From Eutreptiella sp. 'Long Island Sound 2002' (lineage: Eukaryota; Protista; Euglenida): 64,000 nucleotides of DNA. The translations under genes were made by a program, and so were the position numbers. The stretch spans positions 176,328,001-176,392,000 of the forward strand of contig OZ038378.1 in assembly GCA_964036045.1 (NCBI GenBank). Direction: 5' to 3'. Below are positions 36,205 through 50,155 of this stretch, in pieces. Positions within the stretch are counted from its first letter, which is position 1; each line of letters opens with the position of its first letter. The notes under the pieces are model-generated. The model ran no database searches and was not told where the DNA came from. It worked only from the letters and a program-made list of their open reading frames with translations.

Positions 36205-39200
36205 CTCCCGGCGGACGTCCAAACAAACGGACGAAGCAGTGCCTCCAAGTCAAGGCGTGGAGCCTCCATCGAGGGTTTGGTGCCGAAGGCGCCGAAAGAA
36301 CATTGTTTTGAACACTCGCACATGATGCGCGCGGTTTGTCGTTCATGGGTCTGCACCGATGGCAGTGCCTCGTTCTGACTCCCTCTGCGGGGGCCCATGG
36401 GGGGGGGGGGGGGGCGTCCCATGACTGCGCCGTGCGATCTTTGTGGTGGCGCAGCGGAACGGCCTCTTTGATTTCGTCACGGATTTGCCATTGCACCGCC
36501 GAGGGGGGGGGGGGGTGTCGCGTGAGCCCTGTGAAAGAAGGCGGAGGGCGGTTGGAATAGGGGCTCAGATGTCAGGACTTTTGTGAAAGGGCAATCTGAG
36601 AGCCATTGATGCTCGAAAGTGGAGCCCCAAAAGGGGCGGGGGGGGGGGGCATCGATGCGCTGTGGGGGTCCTTTTAAGGGCTGCGTTGGGAGTACCATGC
36701 AGCTCCCCCCGCCTCACGTCCCACGCCCACCCTCCCTGGCCTTTGTGGCCCCTTCACGTCGGAACCCGAGGCATGGACGGCATGACTGGTCTAAGACTCT
36801 GTGGCCCGGCCCCGGGGGGGGGGGGGCTGCTGGGGGAACGGGTGTGCCGGGGCGTACATGCGGCATTGCTCTGAAGTTCTGCAGATGTGGTCGTTTGCGA
36901 AGTGGCGAGGGGAAGCAAGCCCTTCCAATAGCACGCCCCTCTGCCACGCGCTTTTTCTTGCCGACTGCGGTTGTCAGATCCCTCCTGCCCCCCGCGTGCC
37001 GCCACGCACTCCGGCAGTGAGGCAACATTCCACTCTCACCCACAACACTGACCCCCATCCCCCATTTCCCACACTGCCCGCCCCCCCCCCTGCCACACAC
37101 ATTTTGTTTTATGCTCACTGTGTTACATTTGCTGTAGTCTGACTGATAACCTGACTGTTAGTGATTGTCTGACATGACATTCCTGTCTCTGTGTCTCTGA
37201 CACAGAATGTGTCCTGAGGTTTAACCAGGTTTGGCATAGAGAATAAAGATGCACTTATGCCTTACTGTGGAGTGCAGTACCTCAACCTGCAGTCTTGCTG
37301 CACTGTCTGTTTTTCGACTATTCAATCCTCTCAAATTAATTCGGTCTCACCCCCCCCCACACACACACGGAGCGGTAGGGCACACACGGCGCACGCAATG
37401 TGTTTCTTGTTGTCACTCGGGGGAGTTTCAGGGCAGGAGCCGTGGTTCGTCAGTGGCAGTTGTTCATACAGGCAGATTGGGCCCCCCTGGGCGGCCTCCT
37501 GCAGGGCCAGAACACTGAACGGATGGTTTGTAGTGCTGGTGGGACTGTGGGACGTTGACCCTCGCAGTTTGAGCCGGAATGGACTGGATGCCTTGGCACA
37601 CGCACACGCACACGCACACGCACGCACACAACTGAACTTGACCAACACGCCGATCCACCCAAGGCCTGGGGACTGGATACCGGTGGTGCTGCACGGCAGC
37701 CCACCAGCCCTTGCGGAACGCTCCCTCCGAGTGGGCCGCTGGATCATTGAGAATTCGGTCAGAAATTGGGGGGCCAGCAGTGATGCCGGCATGTTGGGGG
37801 TCATGCTCAGGGAGTCTCGAGCACAAACTCGACCTGCCCCGCTCCCTTGACAGCAGGCCACTGTATGCCAGGCCGGGGGGATGGGGGCTCCCCCACCGTC
37901 AGTGCTGCAGTCGTGGAGGCATGACAACGCAGAGAAGGACGCGCCGTATTGTGTGCATGTGTGTGGGTGGGTGGGTGGGTCGGTGTCGGTGTGTGGGTGG
38001 GTGGTGTCGCTGGCAGTTGCTGCCTAGGGCAACATCAACACAGCCAACAGACTGTTTGTACCCCCGGGGGTTGTGGCGTCAGCTGCGCATACACACGCAA
38101 GTGCAGGTGGTAGAACGCGCCCCACAGATATCCAGAGTGCGAAGGACGCGAGGGGGCGATGCTCACCACTTTCAGTCACATGTATTGAGGGTGGAGGCCA
38201 TGAAGCAGCTCTAGGCTTGGACAGCTGGAGGTCCTGTGCCCCTGAGTGTCCTGCAGCTCTCCTGACTGTTCCTCACAGGCACCACCTTCTTCAGACACAA
38301 GGATGTACCAGGCGGTATGGGACTATTGTGTTCCCATGCAGCTCTTTGCTTGATGGGCGGCGGGACAGGGGGGGAGGGGCCACTGTCTGCACATGCACGG
38401 GGACTGCCATCGTCCGAATTATGCCCACTCTTACCACACAGAGGAAGGGGGCACCCAGGTCGCATGCACATGTGCCAGGTGGTCCATTTGGTGCTTTCGT
38501 GGTAGCTTCACCATTTTGGTGTTCTGGTGACTGGAAGATCCGGGGGGGGATCTCAGTAAGATCCAGCCCCACCTGTTAGGCAACTTGCTCCGGCCCGGCC
38601 CCAGAATTGGAACACTTGAGTAGGTCCCAGGGAATGCCGTGCACACAATGCGCATGCAGCGGAAAGTTTTGTATGTCAGTGACTACCCGAACCCTAGTTT
38701 TGGCCCTTTGTGGAGGTTTTTTGTTCCATGATAGGGGGTTTTAAGCTTCTGATGCATTCAGGATACAACAGAGTTGAATTATTATCCATTTTCACCTATT
38801 TTCACCTATTTGTACCCCTTTCAACCCCTTTGCCATTTGGGTAGAATTGAGAAGAATCGATGCAGCAGTCAGCAGCCCTCATCAGGACTCCCAAAAATTG
38901 TGCAAAGACATGAGATGGACACAAGAGTTGGTGTGTCAACCAACTCCTACACCAATCACGCTCCTACATTCACCCTGCATGACGTACTGTGACAGTATGG
39001 ACAGTATGGGTGAGGGATCGTGAGGGTTGGGTGAGGGTTGGGGTTAAGGACTCCCATACTTTGGCTTGGCCCCTCGAGTTGGGGTTAAGGACTCCCACCT
39101 GGTCCTTCGCGAACGCACGGACAATTCACTGATATGAAGTGGGTAATTACGATGGCGGAAGAGGGACAAGCTTGGGGACAAGACGGAAGCTCACCAAGAA

Positions 39201-42200
39201 TATAATGTTATACAGAGGTTGCATGGCGGGATTCAACTGCAATGTGGGCACAGTGCGCACGCAGTGCAAAAACTTGGCCCCAGCCCCATCCTGGGGCCCC
39301 TGTGTGTACAAGGGGAGGGCACGGGTTCCCCGGGTCAGTAGGCTGTGACAATCTTAGCATGTTCCAAGGTTTTGTGTGCCCCAAAGTCCGCAAAATCCTG
39401 CAGATTTCATCTGAGCACCCCTTTGTTTTGTAGCAACGACCCTCCATTACACCAACTTACCTTCTTCATGTCTTCATACATATGTGTTCCAGGTGAGGGG
39501 CCCTCACAACCCCCTGCCGCCACAGCATCATCAACCCACAATGGATCAAAAGTATATTGGTTGACACCAGGTCAGCACTTGGCACAGTGTACTGTACGGT
39601 CCCCAATGGTACCAGACAGCATGGTTTTCTTTGAAAATCGTTGTGAATCAATGGTGAATGCACATGGAGCGGGGTCCAAGCACCGTAGAGAGCAGAGCAA
39701 GGGGTGTTGCATTGGACTGGACTGGATAGCGATGGGCTCTCAACGGGTATCAATGACACCCGCAAAATGCTTTAACAGGGCGATGATGGCTGACTGGTTT
39801 TGTGAACTCTGCCGCACATTGATGCGTGCAGTGCAGCCTCGTATGTCAGAGTGGTTCTGGAGGTGACGACCTCGGCGGTTATCGGCCACGCACCACCCTG
39901 CAATTACACCAAATGTGCGTGGCTGCCTGGCAGTGCCTTGCTGACACTTGGCATGAAGGCTGATCACCTATTTCTGAACCGATAATCTGAGACAATCTGA
40001 GATATTTTGTGGTTAAGTGCTTTGGTCCCCGTCTTTTGCGCAATTGAGGTTCAATTGGACTTCTTGGGGAAGAGGAGGGAGATCAAACCTTGGTACCAAC
40101 TTTTTTTTTTCAAACAAGCACCCATTTCTGTACAGCACCTCAGCCCTGCCAGCCGTGCCAATGTTAATTCTCATTTGCAAAGAAATTTTTAATTCCCGGC
40201 ATAGGGTGGTGTTTTGCGCAAAAAAACCAAACATAAAAAACCATTTATTTTCAGGTGCACGCCTTTCCGGAAAAAAATGATATTTTGCTGCCGGAAAAAA
40301 ATGATATTTTGCTGCCCAGGGATGCATTAGAACGGCTGACAAGCATAGCAGGTGCTCCTCCTCGCACCTTTTTCCATTTTTTTGAATGTTTTGCACGGTC
40401 AGCTGATGCGAAGCAACTCCTAAGCCACTCACCTCTGTTTTAGAACCTTTCCCTGAACCCACATTAAACAACCACCCCGAGTACCAGCAACACACAAAAG
40501 TTAAACACACCCCTGTTTGGTGGTATTTGTATTAAAACTGCACGCATTTTACCCCAAAAGAAACCGGCATTACAAGAAGTCTTTTTTCCGCAATTTTTCC
40601 CAAAGCCTATCCATACAAGCGGCAACACTGCAACATCATGTTTTACATGTTTTGGTGCTTTGTCTTTGTTATTCAATTACGCGAAAATGCAAGGTGTGGC
40701 AAGGTTGTCCAAACGGCACTGCCACTGCCCAGCACGCAAGCATGCCCACATCCAAAATTCGTCTCACCAAAGAAAAGGCATGCTGCACAGGACAAGGATG
40801 ACCAGCCTATGACGGTGTACATATGATGCATGATGCACTAAGCGCCCAGCCCCGTTGTATGTCATTTATTCATTGTATTATACCATGAGTGGTTCCCGAG
40901 CCAGAATTGAGTTCGAACTGGAGTATTTTAAAAAAAAAAACAGTCGGGTAGTCATGGAGGTTTTTTGTCAAAAGTGTATGTTGGGGGGGGGGGGTTAAAT
41001 TCAAGAGTTTTTTTGTTAAGGGTTTGGTAGGTGAACTTTTGGTAGCATTCTGAGGTTCTTTTTGGTAAGTTTTGTTCGCTGGTGCATTTCTTTTGCAAAA
41101 ACACGAATGTTTGTTTTTTGTAACAATTGCGACGTTTTTTGGTACACAAATGGCAGGGTGCCACTGCCATTACCAAGAACAATACCGGTGCATAATAAGA
41201 TGGGCTCACCTTTCACGCCAAAGCAAAGTATGGCCAATATTCAAATTGAGCAATGGGCCACCACATGATATAAAACATGCATTGAAGAAGAAGGCATGGC
41301 TGCACAAAACCACTACTTTGCAACCAGTACACAAATACGCTGACAAACATTGCATGATCTTTGGTCATGTACGATGAGTGCTATATTGTAACATCTACCA
41401 TGGCTATCTTTAAATCACCTAAGTAGGCCAAAAGCCCCGAAAGGTGCGTTGTTCGGCAGCTAGCCATTTGGCATTGCACATCTCTTATAGTGTGCTATCT
41501 CGGTTTTAAGAATGTCTGTTTCCCAAGGCTAGGGTAGCAAACATTTTTGTTTTTGCAACAGGCCAAAGGGAGAGGAGCCCAAAATTCTCACGCACCGTAT
41601 TGTTATAGAAATATTCCTAATACTACAACAACACTGTAGTCAGCCTTCAGACCACAAACTACATCAACAAGGCTCTACAACCGCTTCCTCCCAGCTCCGA
41701 CAACCACGGGCACGCAGGCTTCATACACACTAAATGATGACAAAGTTGTCTTTTGGTTAAGAGAAGCCCCTACAATTTCAAAGGTTGACCACTAGACCAA
41801 AAGCTACATGCATCGCAGTTGGCTGCATGGGCTCTGATAATGGGAACAAAAATGTTGCATATGCACTTGGTTGCATCTTAGAAGCTTAATTTTTGGCAAA
41901 GTGGTTGCATAAGCCTTGCCTTTACGGTGTTCTCGAACGCTTACTACGGAGATACAAGTACAGGTAGCTGCTCAACCCCAACTTTCTCGGGTGGCAAATA
42001 GTGGTAACTACATAGCTACGGTCTTTTCGGAGTTCCCTTAGTAATTTAGAATGCCATGTTTGGCCGTTGTGTGCCAATGCATGCTTACTTCTTCTTCATC
42101 ATCTATTTTTGCGTCATTTTTATGTTTCTGGTTAAAATTTGGCACTATATCCACGTGATTTTCTTTATCTACAAATCAATTTCTTCGGTTGGATGCGAGC

Positions 42201-45200
42201 ATGCATGACAAGTTTTTATGCATAGTACAGCCAGTTGTGATTCTGGTCCAACACACAACATTGACCAAGAAATACACTATCCCGGATGCCACCCTTTGTG
42301 CCCAATGATCAACCGCATTAAGCAAAACATTTGGACCGAATTTGGCTTGCTTTGTTGGCTATGATGACTACCACTTTTAGCAAAGCCCCACCCTTGCCTA
42401 CCCCATGACTGCTCCACATTTGAACCAAGCCAACTTGTTGGCGAAAGATCCGTTTTTTTTTGGCACCAAATCATTTTCTACCACATTTTGTAGACAAGCT
42501 AGCAATATTGTTTTTCGTCTTAGCCCCAACCAAAATAGGCCTTTTCTGTTGGCATAAGAACCCCAGTGTGGACCCCGCACGTGCCATTTTGCTTCAACCT
42601 ATGAATCTTGTCTACCGGGCGTCATATTGGATACAAAAAAAAAGATCGTTGAAACTTTGAACTGCACGGATTTTGAAACACCAAACAATTGATTTAACTG
42701 TACTTGATTAACAACCTTCGTTTTCTACGCTAGCTATCAAAGTTAAAAAAAAATTCAAAGTGAGGTGCTACCCAAAGACTATGCTTCTCACTCGAAGCTA
42801 GTTTAAGGTATGTGTAATTTGTCTTTTTGGTGCATTCATAATCGATGTTACTGATGAGATATTGTATATCCTTTTGAGTCTGTTGTTGATTTGAATTGTA
42901 TTGAAATTATGATACTCATCCTCTCTATTGTCATTAAAATAAAGGCTCGTTTGATCGAAGTGTGCACTAATGAGTACTACTATTTCATGCTCTCCATCCC
43001 AAATACATCAACTATTGTGTGTTTCTCCAAGCTTGCTACATGTTTGGAAAATGCTTCTTGAAAAAAGATAGGGCATACCAGGTTGTAGCCCTTGTTGGAA
43101 TTTCTTCCTTTGTGGTGTTAGCTGTGGTACCATTTTTTAAGGCATGGCGGTCCCCGGCCGAAGGCATTGCACCAAAGCGGCCTGACCATAGGCGAAGCGT
43201 TCATGGTGAGCCGAAGTTCACCGAAGACAGCGTGTATTGTACACAATTCCAAACCCACGGTGTTCAACACTGCACTGGTGCACCAAAGGTGTGGGAAAGG
43301 TTTGTGCTATGATTCTTACCCGTTTTCGCATTGAAAATTTTTTGCTCGTTGTTGAGTTTCTCGTGGAGCCTTCCAACTCAAAGACATCTGTCAAGGCACT
43401 CTCCAATGAGATCTTTGAAAAGAGCACCACTGGGACCTCACTTTTTAGTGCTTGCAATTAACCACAGCTTGCAGTGATGTTCAACGTTGGGCTGGTGATT
43501 GTGTAGGCAATAGCTTATTGGCTAGGAATGCACACGAACAAAGATTGCGTTAGCATCCGACATCCCACGTATGTTTACCACTTTAAGTGTGTCTTGCGCG
43601 CCTAAAAACTACTTTATATTCCTTAGAGGGTCCGTTCTGCATGATATAGCGTGCAATGTAGTGCTTTCCATGCAACAAATTTGAAGCATACCAACAACAG
43701 TACTTTGTTCAACCAACAAATATACAGAAGAACTTCAATATCGAACTTTGTGAAAAATTGTAGAAGATGGAAGCTAACGGTTCCCTTGTTCTTCTGCATA
43801 CTAGACAACATGAAGGAAAGGGGGGGGGGGGGGGGCACCATCAAAATGTTGATAGCCACCTTGCACCACTGGTTTACAACCGCTGTGCAACTCTGCCTTT
43901 CTTCCGGGCTGAAACAATTCGGAAACCAAAAATTGATGAACTCAGCACATAATCAAGAACTAAGCAAGTGATGGAGCGGCAGTTCAAAACGAAGACCACG
44001 AAGAGGATTGAAATACCAGATCATATGGCACCTGCAGTACAACAATAATAGGTTTACATGGTCTTGCACTTGTGCACTTGCTTGCATGAAATGTGTATGT
44101 TTACAATAGAATACAAAGAGACCTGCATTCGCTTTTATTGCGACTTATGTATCAATTTTTCGTCACATAGATCCAGAAATCACTTCAGCAAAGGTCAACA
44201 AATGAGAACTTGGATATTTTTTTTGTGGTAAAAACTAAAAGGGCCATATGAAAGACAATATTAAAAATAGTGAAAAAGCATCAAAGATTTTCTTGAAATG
44301 CACCAAAATAAAAGTCCTGTCCTAACATTTTGGCACTTCTTGTATATGTGTGCGCCAGGTGTTTTAAGAAAGGACTGAGCCCAATGCAGAGGTCTGTACC
44401 TGAGTGCTGGCACAGTCTAAATGGACCCCTGCTACTGTATGGGAGGGTAGTACGGGGGTGCTGAGCTGTGTGCATGCTCCTGTGGGATCATTTTCTATAA
44501 AAGCTCCCAAAGACAGTGCTCATGCACAGTGCATGGTGTTTCTTATCAAAAAAAGGTACTAGGATTTTTTGGGCAACACCCGGAAAGGGATGGGGAGAAA
44601 TCGGTGCGACAGCATAATAATAATAATTTTTTCTCCACGGTCCTGCGACCAAAACCGGTTCTGTCAACGGCAATCTGAGGCCCCAGCCGGCATCTTTTGC
44701 CTGAAGAAAACCGGCCCCCCAGATCTGCAGAAATCGGCCAGAAAAAGCCAGATCGAAAGTGGCCCTCGATGGGGGCATTTTACCTTACACAGAAAATTTC
44801 CACATGTGTGTGTATACTGGAGCATGTGTGTGTACATTGAATGCAATGAATGCAAAACATGCACCCTATTTCAGACCCTACCATGTTCAATTGATTTTGG
44901 CTGCGGAGTTGGTGCCGGCTGGAGTAGTTGTTCATACATCAATGTTTCGATTCATTGTGTTAAAATGTGTGGTGACATAATGATGATGCCATTGCCGTCA
45001 CCGAAACCGGCATTCTTTGGTGGCTTAGAAAACAGGTCATAGTGTGCTCCGTATCAAAGAAGTATAAGACCCACTTCAAAAAGACCACTATATAAGACCC
45101 ACCCGACATGGCTCAGGGGGAAAAAATTATAAGCCCCGGATCTACAATCGGGGGGGAAGGAGTAACCCGGTTTGGGCCACGGATTCGAAACAACATGATA

Positions 45201-45479
45201 GTGAAACATTGGCCAAATTGCAGTGTGACCTAATTAAGAGTTGGAAAGAGGTTCTGGAATTGGGATGTTTCCGGTCATCACAATTCAAGTGCCAGAAGCC
45301 CAAATTGTATCCACTGCGCCGAACACACCAATCGTAGGCCAAGGAAAGGCAGATAAGCAAAGGTACAAAAACAATAAGTGCAAGAGAAACTCAACAGCAT
45401 GAGTAGTTCCCCAACAATACGGACAATGGGTTAACTCCTTAACATGTGAGACACACCCACCCTCATAATTACGCTCTTT

Positions 45480-46850
45480 GTTATTACAATGCAAACTCCA
45501 CCCCTCTCGGCTTTTGCAAAGCCATTTGCAATTAGTTTTCCGTATTTCAAACAGTGGGTTGCCTCTTGAACCATTAACTCACACTTTCATTGGAATTTCC
45601 AATTATCCAACATGGGAGGATGCAAACTCCACCCCCGTCAGCCTTTGCACCACCATTTGAATTTTTTTCAACCAATGTGCCATTTGCAATTTGTTTTCCG
45701 TATTTCGCACAGTGGGTTGCCTCTTGAACCATTGACTCACACTTTCATTCCAACATGTGGCCGCTGTCTTGGGCTATCACGATGGGATATGGTGAGAATT
45801 GGTGGTCCATTTGCCTTTGTTATTGCACCTCTTTTGCATGCACGTCCAATTGCATTGTGTTCCATCCGATTGGGTTGCTTGACATCCCTAGGAGCGCCCT
45901 ACGGTAAGTGTTTGTTCAACATTTTTTGTCCACACGGGGCCTCCGCGCAGTTCAACCCCGGAATGTGTATATTGCTCACTTTAGCCTATGGGAGCGAAAC
46001 CGACCATTCTCCAAAAATATTGCAGCAGGAGGATTGCAAGCAAATGAAACGAATTCAACATACTATGTGTATGCAGTATGCTCTTCAAAAAGAATTGTTC
46101 CATAGCACATCATGTGCTCTGTGGCGGTATGTGGCAAGCAGACACAAGGCAAGACAAGGTCACAATCAACAAGAGTCGGAGACCCCCCATGCCATGACCA
46201 TGCCATTGCGCAATGCTAGTGGTGCCTCTTTTCATTTAATTTACCCGTGACGTAGTGTGGTCTCCACAATGATGAGGAGTCGGTGTCTATGTCCCACCCC
46301 AAAAGAATCCATCGGCGGGGGTGTCATACCGTCCACGGCGTTCTTCACAACACCAGGCACAAAGCAAACACCCCCGAAAAGACTTAAAAAGACGCAAACG
46401 GACGCCACCAAAAAACCAAAACGGACGCAAGTGGGCGCACCCCACAATCACAATGCTTAATCAATTGGTTGAATCTTTCTTCCGGTGCATTGCCCGCTTT
46501 TGCCTGATAGCGATGTCCAATGTGCCTACTTCCAAGTGGGAAGCAAAAACGGCGCTTTTTTTGCGATACAAAATTGTGGTGGCCATTCCAAGGTGGTCAA
46601 CAACACGGGCTTGCGCATTTGGATGTTGGAACTTTTGGAGAACATCCAATTTCCAACATTGCAACGTGGTACTTGAGATGATGATGCAAACGCCACCCCT
46701 CTCGTCCTTTGCATAGCCATTTGAAGTCTTTTCAAGAAATATGGACAATGGGTAACCTCCTTGACCATGATGTCACACCTTCCAATTTCCAACATTCCAA
46801 CATGGCACTTGTTACGCTGATGCAAACTCCACCCCTCTCGGCCTTTGCAC
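45480..46850 (-). pseudogene. Four repeats of a motif resembling the N-part of an APE-type LINE endonuclease
   Basis: atgcaaac.ccaccc...cctttgca recurs at about 45489, 45620, 46685 and 46820. The minus strand reads MVQEATH...AERGGVCIVI and DIMVKEVTH...GYAKDERGGVCIII, similar to the LQETH...GGVAIL motifs. Confidence 0.35.
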
Positions 46851-47544
46851 ACAAAGCTTGGACACACTCCATAGAACAGACATCCACGATGGTCTGCCGT
46901 TCATGGCCGTTCGAGAGCGCCTTCTTGTCTTGTGCTTTTGTTAGTCATCGATGTGGAAGATGGGTGTGTGTTTCAGCTACGCGAGGTTATCCGCCATGGG
47001 TACTTGTTTTGCGTCATGCTGTACAGCACATGCTAGTTACATAGAGCAAATCCCAATTACCCCATGCCACTCACAGTACAAACTATGAACAGCATACTTG
47101 ACATGGGACCCATTGATGTCGTCACTAGCACTGAGTTGTCACCAGCAACCAATTGCTTGAACTCTCCAAGGACCAATGAAGTCATGGGTTACCTTGGGCC
47201 CTAGCCCCTTTGCATAGAGGATGAGGAGGTGGATACCGCTGGGTGGGATTAAGAATCCATGCATGCACAATGCATGTACAATCCATCTACACGCGATTCG
47301 CACAACAAGAATGCCGCACACACACACACACACACAGTACAAGCAGTTAAACCACTACTTTTCCTTGAGGCTTTTGGTTTTCATCCATCTCAGTCCAACG
47401 CTAAACTTGTTATGAAACCGCCGGTGTTTTGCTGTCAACCTAGTGACGTTGCCATCCCCCATCACAGCAGCATAGGCTGGATGCTTTCAGCCCAAACACG
47501 TGTGACAAGTGCGGCAGGCAATAGGGGGAGGGGGGTTTATGGGG

Positions 47545-47656
47545 TAGGTGATCGGGATCATTTTTGATCCAAACACTAGGCACTGGAGGGGGGGGGGGGG
47601 CTTTTCGAGGGTGGTGATCCAAAAGTGATCCATGGATCATTCTTGGACCATTTTGC
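47545..47656 (+). repeat. GATC-rich repeat unit, copy 1
   Basis: taggtgat..ggatcatttttgatccaaacactag...tcgagggtggtgatccaaaagtgatcca..gatcattcttggaccattttgc, duplicated at 50771-50884. Confidence 0.85.
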
Positions 47657-47680
47657 TAACTATACTTCCACTACTACTAT

Positions 47681-47769
47681 ACTTTCTGAGTGTCTAATTT
47701 TTTCCGGTTTTTGTGACAACCCTACTGTTGGGGCTCTGTCATTTTTTTGTGCAACCGTGGAGCCTTTGC
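47681..47769 (+). ncRNA. Spliced-leader (SL) RNA gene or pseudogene
   Basis: ACTTTCTGAGTGTCTAATTTTTTCCG (47681-47706) matches the Euglena gracilis SL exon, as I recall it (ACTTTCTGAGTGTCTATTTTTTTTCG), at 24/26. It is followed by GT, a hairpin CCCTA-ctgt-TGGGG, an Sm-like ATTTTTTTG (47741-47749) and a weak GCAA/TTGC hairpin. Confidence 0.75.
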
Positions 47770-47890
47770 CTTTGTGTGCTCGCTGAGATTGACTTGTGGG
47801 CAGTTCATCTTTGGAAAAAACGATCCAACACCACGGTAACATGCAAGTACAAAGGGGAAAAGATGATTCAACACCTCATGTAACAAGCAG

Positions 47891-50155
47891 GTACCGTCCT
47901 TCAAAAGCTTTAAGGAGGCTCTTGCGCGAAGCCTGCAGTGCCTGCAATCCACGCTACCTAATCGCAGGCGCCAGGCCTCCTCCTGTCTGGCCAGTGCGTT
48001 GGAAGACGTGGTTGAACGATTTTACACCTCCGTTGCGCGCGCGTTCCCTAAACGCCTCTATGAGCCTGCCCTGAGGGCAGCGGGCGCAAAGCTTCCTTCA
48101 GAGCTGGTGTTCGGCGTTTTTGATAAGGGCACCGAGGTACCCAACTTCATCTGCGTCAACGGCTGGCGCGAAATCCACCGTCGCATTTTTCTGGACACCC
48201 CCCGTTATAAGGAATTGTTGCGGTGTGCGGACGCGCGTGATGCACGGTTTCTACTGCTTTGGCGGCTGGCGGATACACTCTCCCTGAGCTTTTTTGGTAA
48301 GTACTGTGCCTTCTCCATCCAACATGCGCTTTCCCTCCTCCCTGATGCCGCTGCCACCCAGTGCGCGTGCATGCACGGTCGCTGTCGACCATCTGCCGGC
48401 TGTAAGTCGCTTTATGCCCCGCTACTGGCGACTGCGTGCTCCAAGCTGAAAAAATTGGGACCGGGTTTTTGGGCGCGCGACCTTACCACTGCGCCCCCCC
48501 TGCATGATTTGCTCTCCCCCTCTATCCTTGCGCGACGTGTACGAGGCACCCTGCGGTCTTGTCCTGATTTTCTCCCGCCTATGGATGGGCCTAGCGTCTC
48601 CACACTGCCCGCTGATAGTCCTGCCAGCTCTGTGGACTTCCCACGGACGCTGGCGCATGCACTCCCTGAGTTGTTTGGGAGCCCTGCCCCGCGTGTGTCC
48701 CGCTGCATGGTTAGGCCTTCGGCAGGTGCGCGGGCTCAGCGTTGTCGACCGCCGCGCGTGGGCGACCGCGTGTCCGCCTCTGTCGCGGGTGCCCACCAGT
48801 GTCTGGCTGGACATGGCCCAGCCTGCCCTGCTGGGTCGGAACGCCCCCCTGCTACCTCAGCGCGAGACACGCCTGCAACCCCTGCTGAGCCCCTCCGTCG
48901 CCTAACGCCCCAAGTCCTTCTCTCTCTCTCTACTAGTGATGCCTCCACTCTGCCGCCCCAACGGGCCTGTATACAATTGGGTTTGCGTGATGTTCCTGTG
49001 CGCATGGGAGTGCCTGATGTTGAGGTCCTCGTGAAGCATAAATACCGGGAGGATTTAGCTGACGCGCCGGTGAAAGTTCGAGAGATTTTGCGTCACGGTG
49101 GCCACCCTTTTCGTCTCGCGAATAGAAAGCTGTCTCGCTGCCTCTCGTTAGTTTGGAAGTTTGCTGAATCTTTACCGTCGTCTGTGGAAGTGGTGTCCAT
49201 GGAAAATTTAAAGTCGTTTGTGCATAAACTACGCGGTGAGGGTGTAACGCCAGGGCTGTGGGGCGAATTAGATGTTGTGGAAATGTTTCCCAATATTCCG
49301 CGCCCTCTAGTGGTGACGGCGCTGGAGCACTATTGGCAGCTGCTCTGTGAAGCGCGTGGTTGTAGCTCTGATCGTCTGATTTTCCATGTCCACAAGGGTG
49401 GTCTTCGTTCACTGGACTACGTTGGTGCGCCTTCCCGTGACTCCTCTTTCCATCATCTTTCGTTTCATGATGTGCTGTCCTTCGTTGTGTGGGACCTGAC
49501 GTGGAATGACTGTTTTGTGCACTACAGTAGCGTGTTCTGCCAGTGTAAAGGAGTACCGATTGGTGGATCTGCGTCTGCCCAGTATGCCAGCATTGTCCTG
49601 ATGTACCTGGAACGCAATGTGTCTTGGAGTTCCTTCCCACCCTGCATGCGGTACCGTGACAACTATTTGTTTTACTTGCGTGCGTCCGACCCAGCACTGC
49701 TTCAGAACCCTGGTGAGTATCTGGCAGGTGTTTCTGAGCGCTTGCAGGATGCAGTTGGACTGCCGTTGCAGGTTGAAGGATGGGGTGAGTCCCTGGACTT
49801 TCTTGAGTCCACCCTGTGTTTTACGAATGGTCTGCCGGATATAGGCTTGAAGGTACCGCTGGCATTTGCTCCGCGGGGCTCGCCAACACCACCACAATTT
49901 GTGAAAATGGTCGACGCGCACAGCCCCAATGCTCCGCGAGTGCTGCAGTCCTTTATCCCTAACATTTTTCGAAAAGCTAACTGGTACCGTTTCGACGATC
50001 TCCGGTTTGTTATTAATATCGGACACATGATTCGCTTGCTGCGTACTAAAGGTTACCCGTCAGCGTGGTGGAGGCCCACCATGTTTGCTAAGGCGGCAGC
50101 TCTGGATATGAGCTGCCTGATGCATGTGGCGTGGGCCCTGGGTGCGGATGAGTAG
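47891..50155 (+). mobile_element. Penelope-like element (PLE) reverse transcriptase ORF with no GIY-YIG endonuclease
   Basis: Frame open from 47867 to TAG 50155. Motifs: VFDKG, VKHK..VREI, ELDVVEMFPNIP, KGVPIGGSAS, RYRDN, LDFLE, RTKGYP. These match the PLE DKG, HK, DV.SLYTNIP, G..MGSP.S, RYVDD, FLD and NGYP motifs. Confidence 0.85.

Noticed and set aside
37640-38580. Possible small minus-strand exons (e.g. 38438-38572 ending at gtaaga)
   Set aside because: I could not chain them into a consistent frame or recognise a domain.
39010-39097. Telomere-like G-rich repeats
   Set aside because: Not TTAGGG arrays, only a 20-bp direct duplication (gttggggttaaggactccca).
43320-43375. Helitron/PIF1-like peptide (LNNEQKIFNA) on the minus strand
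   Set aside because: A single short match with no helicase Walker motifs nearby.
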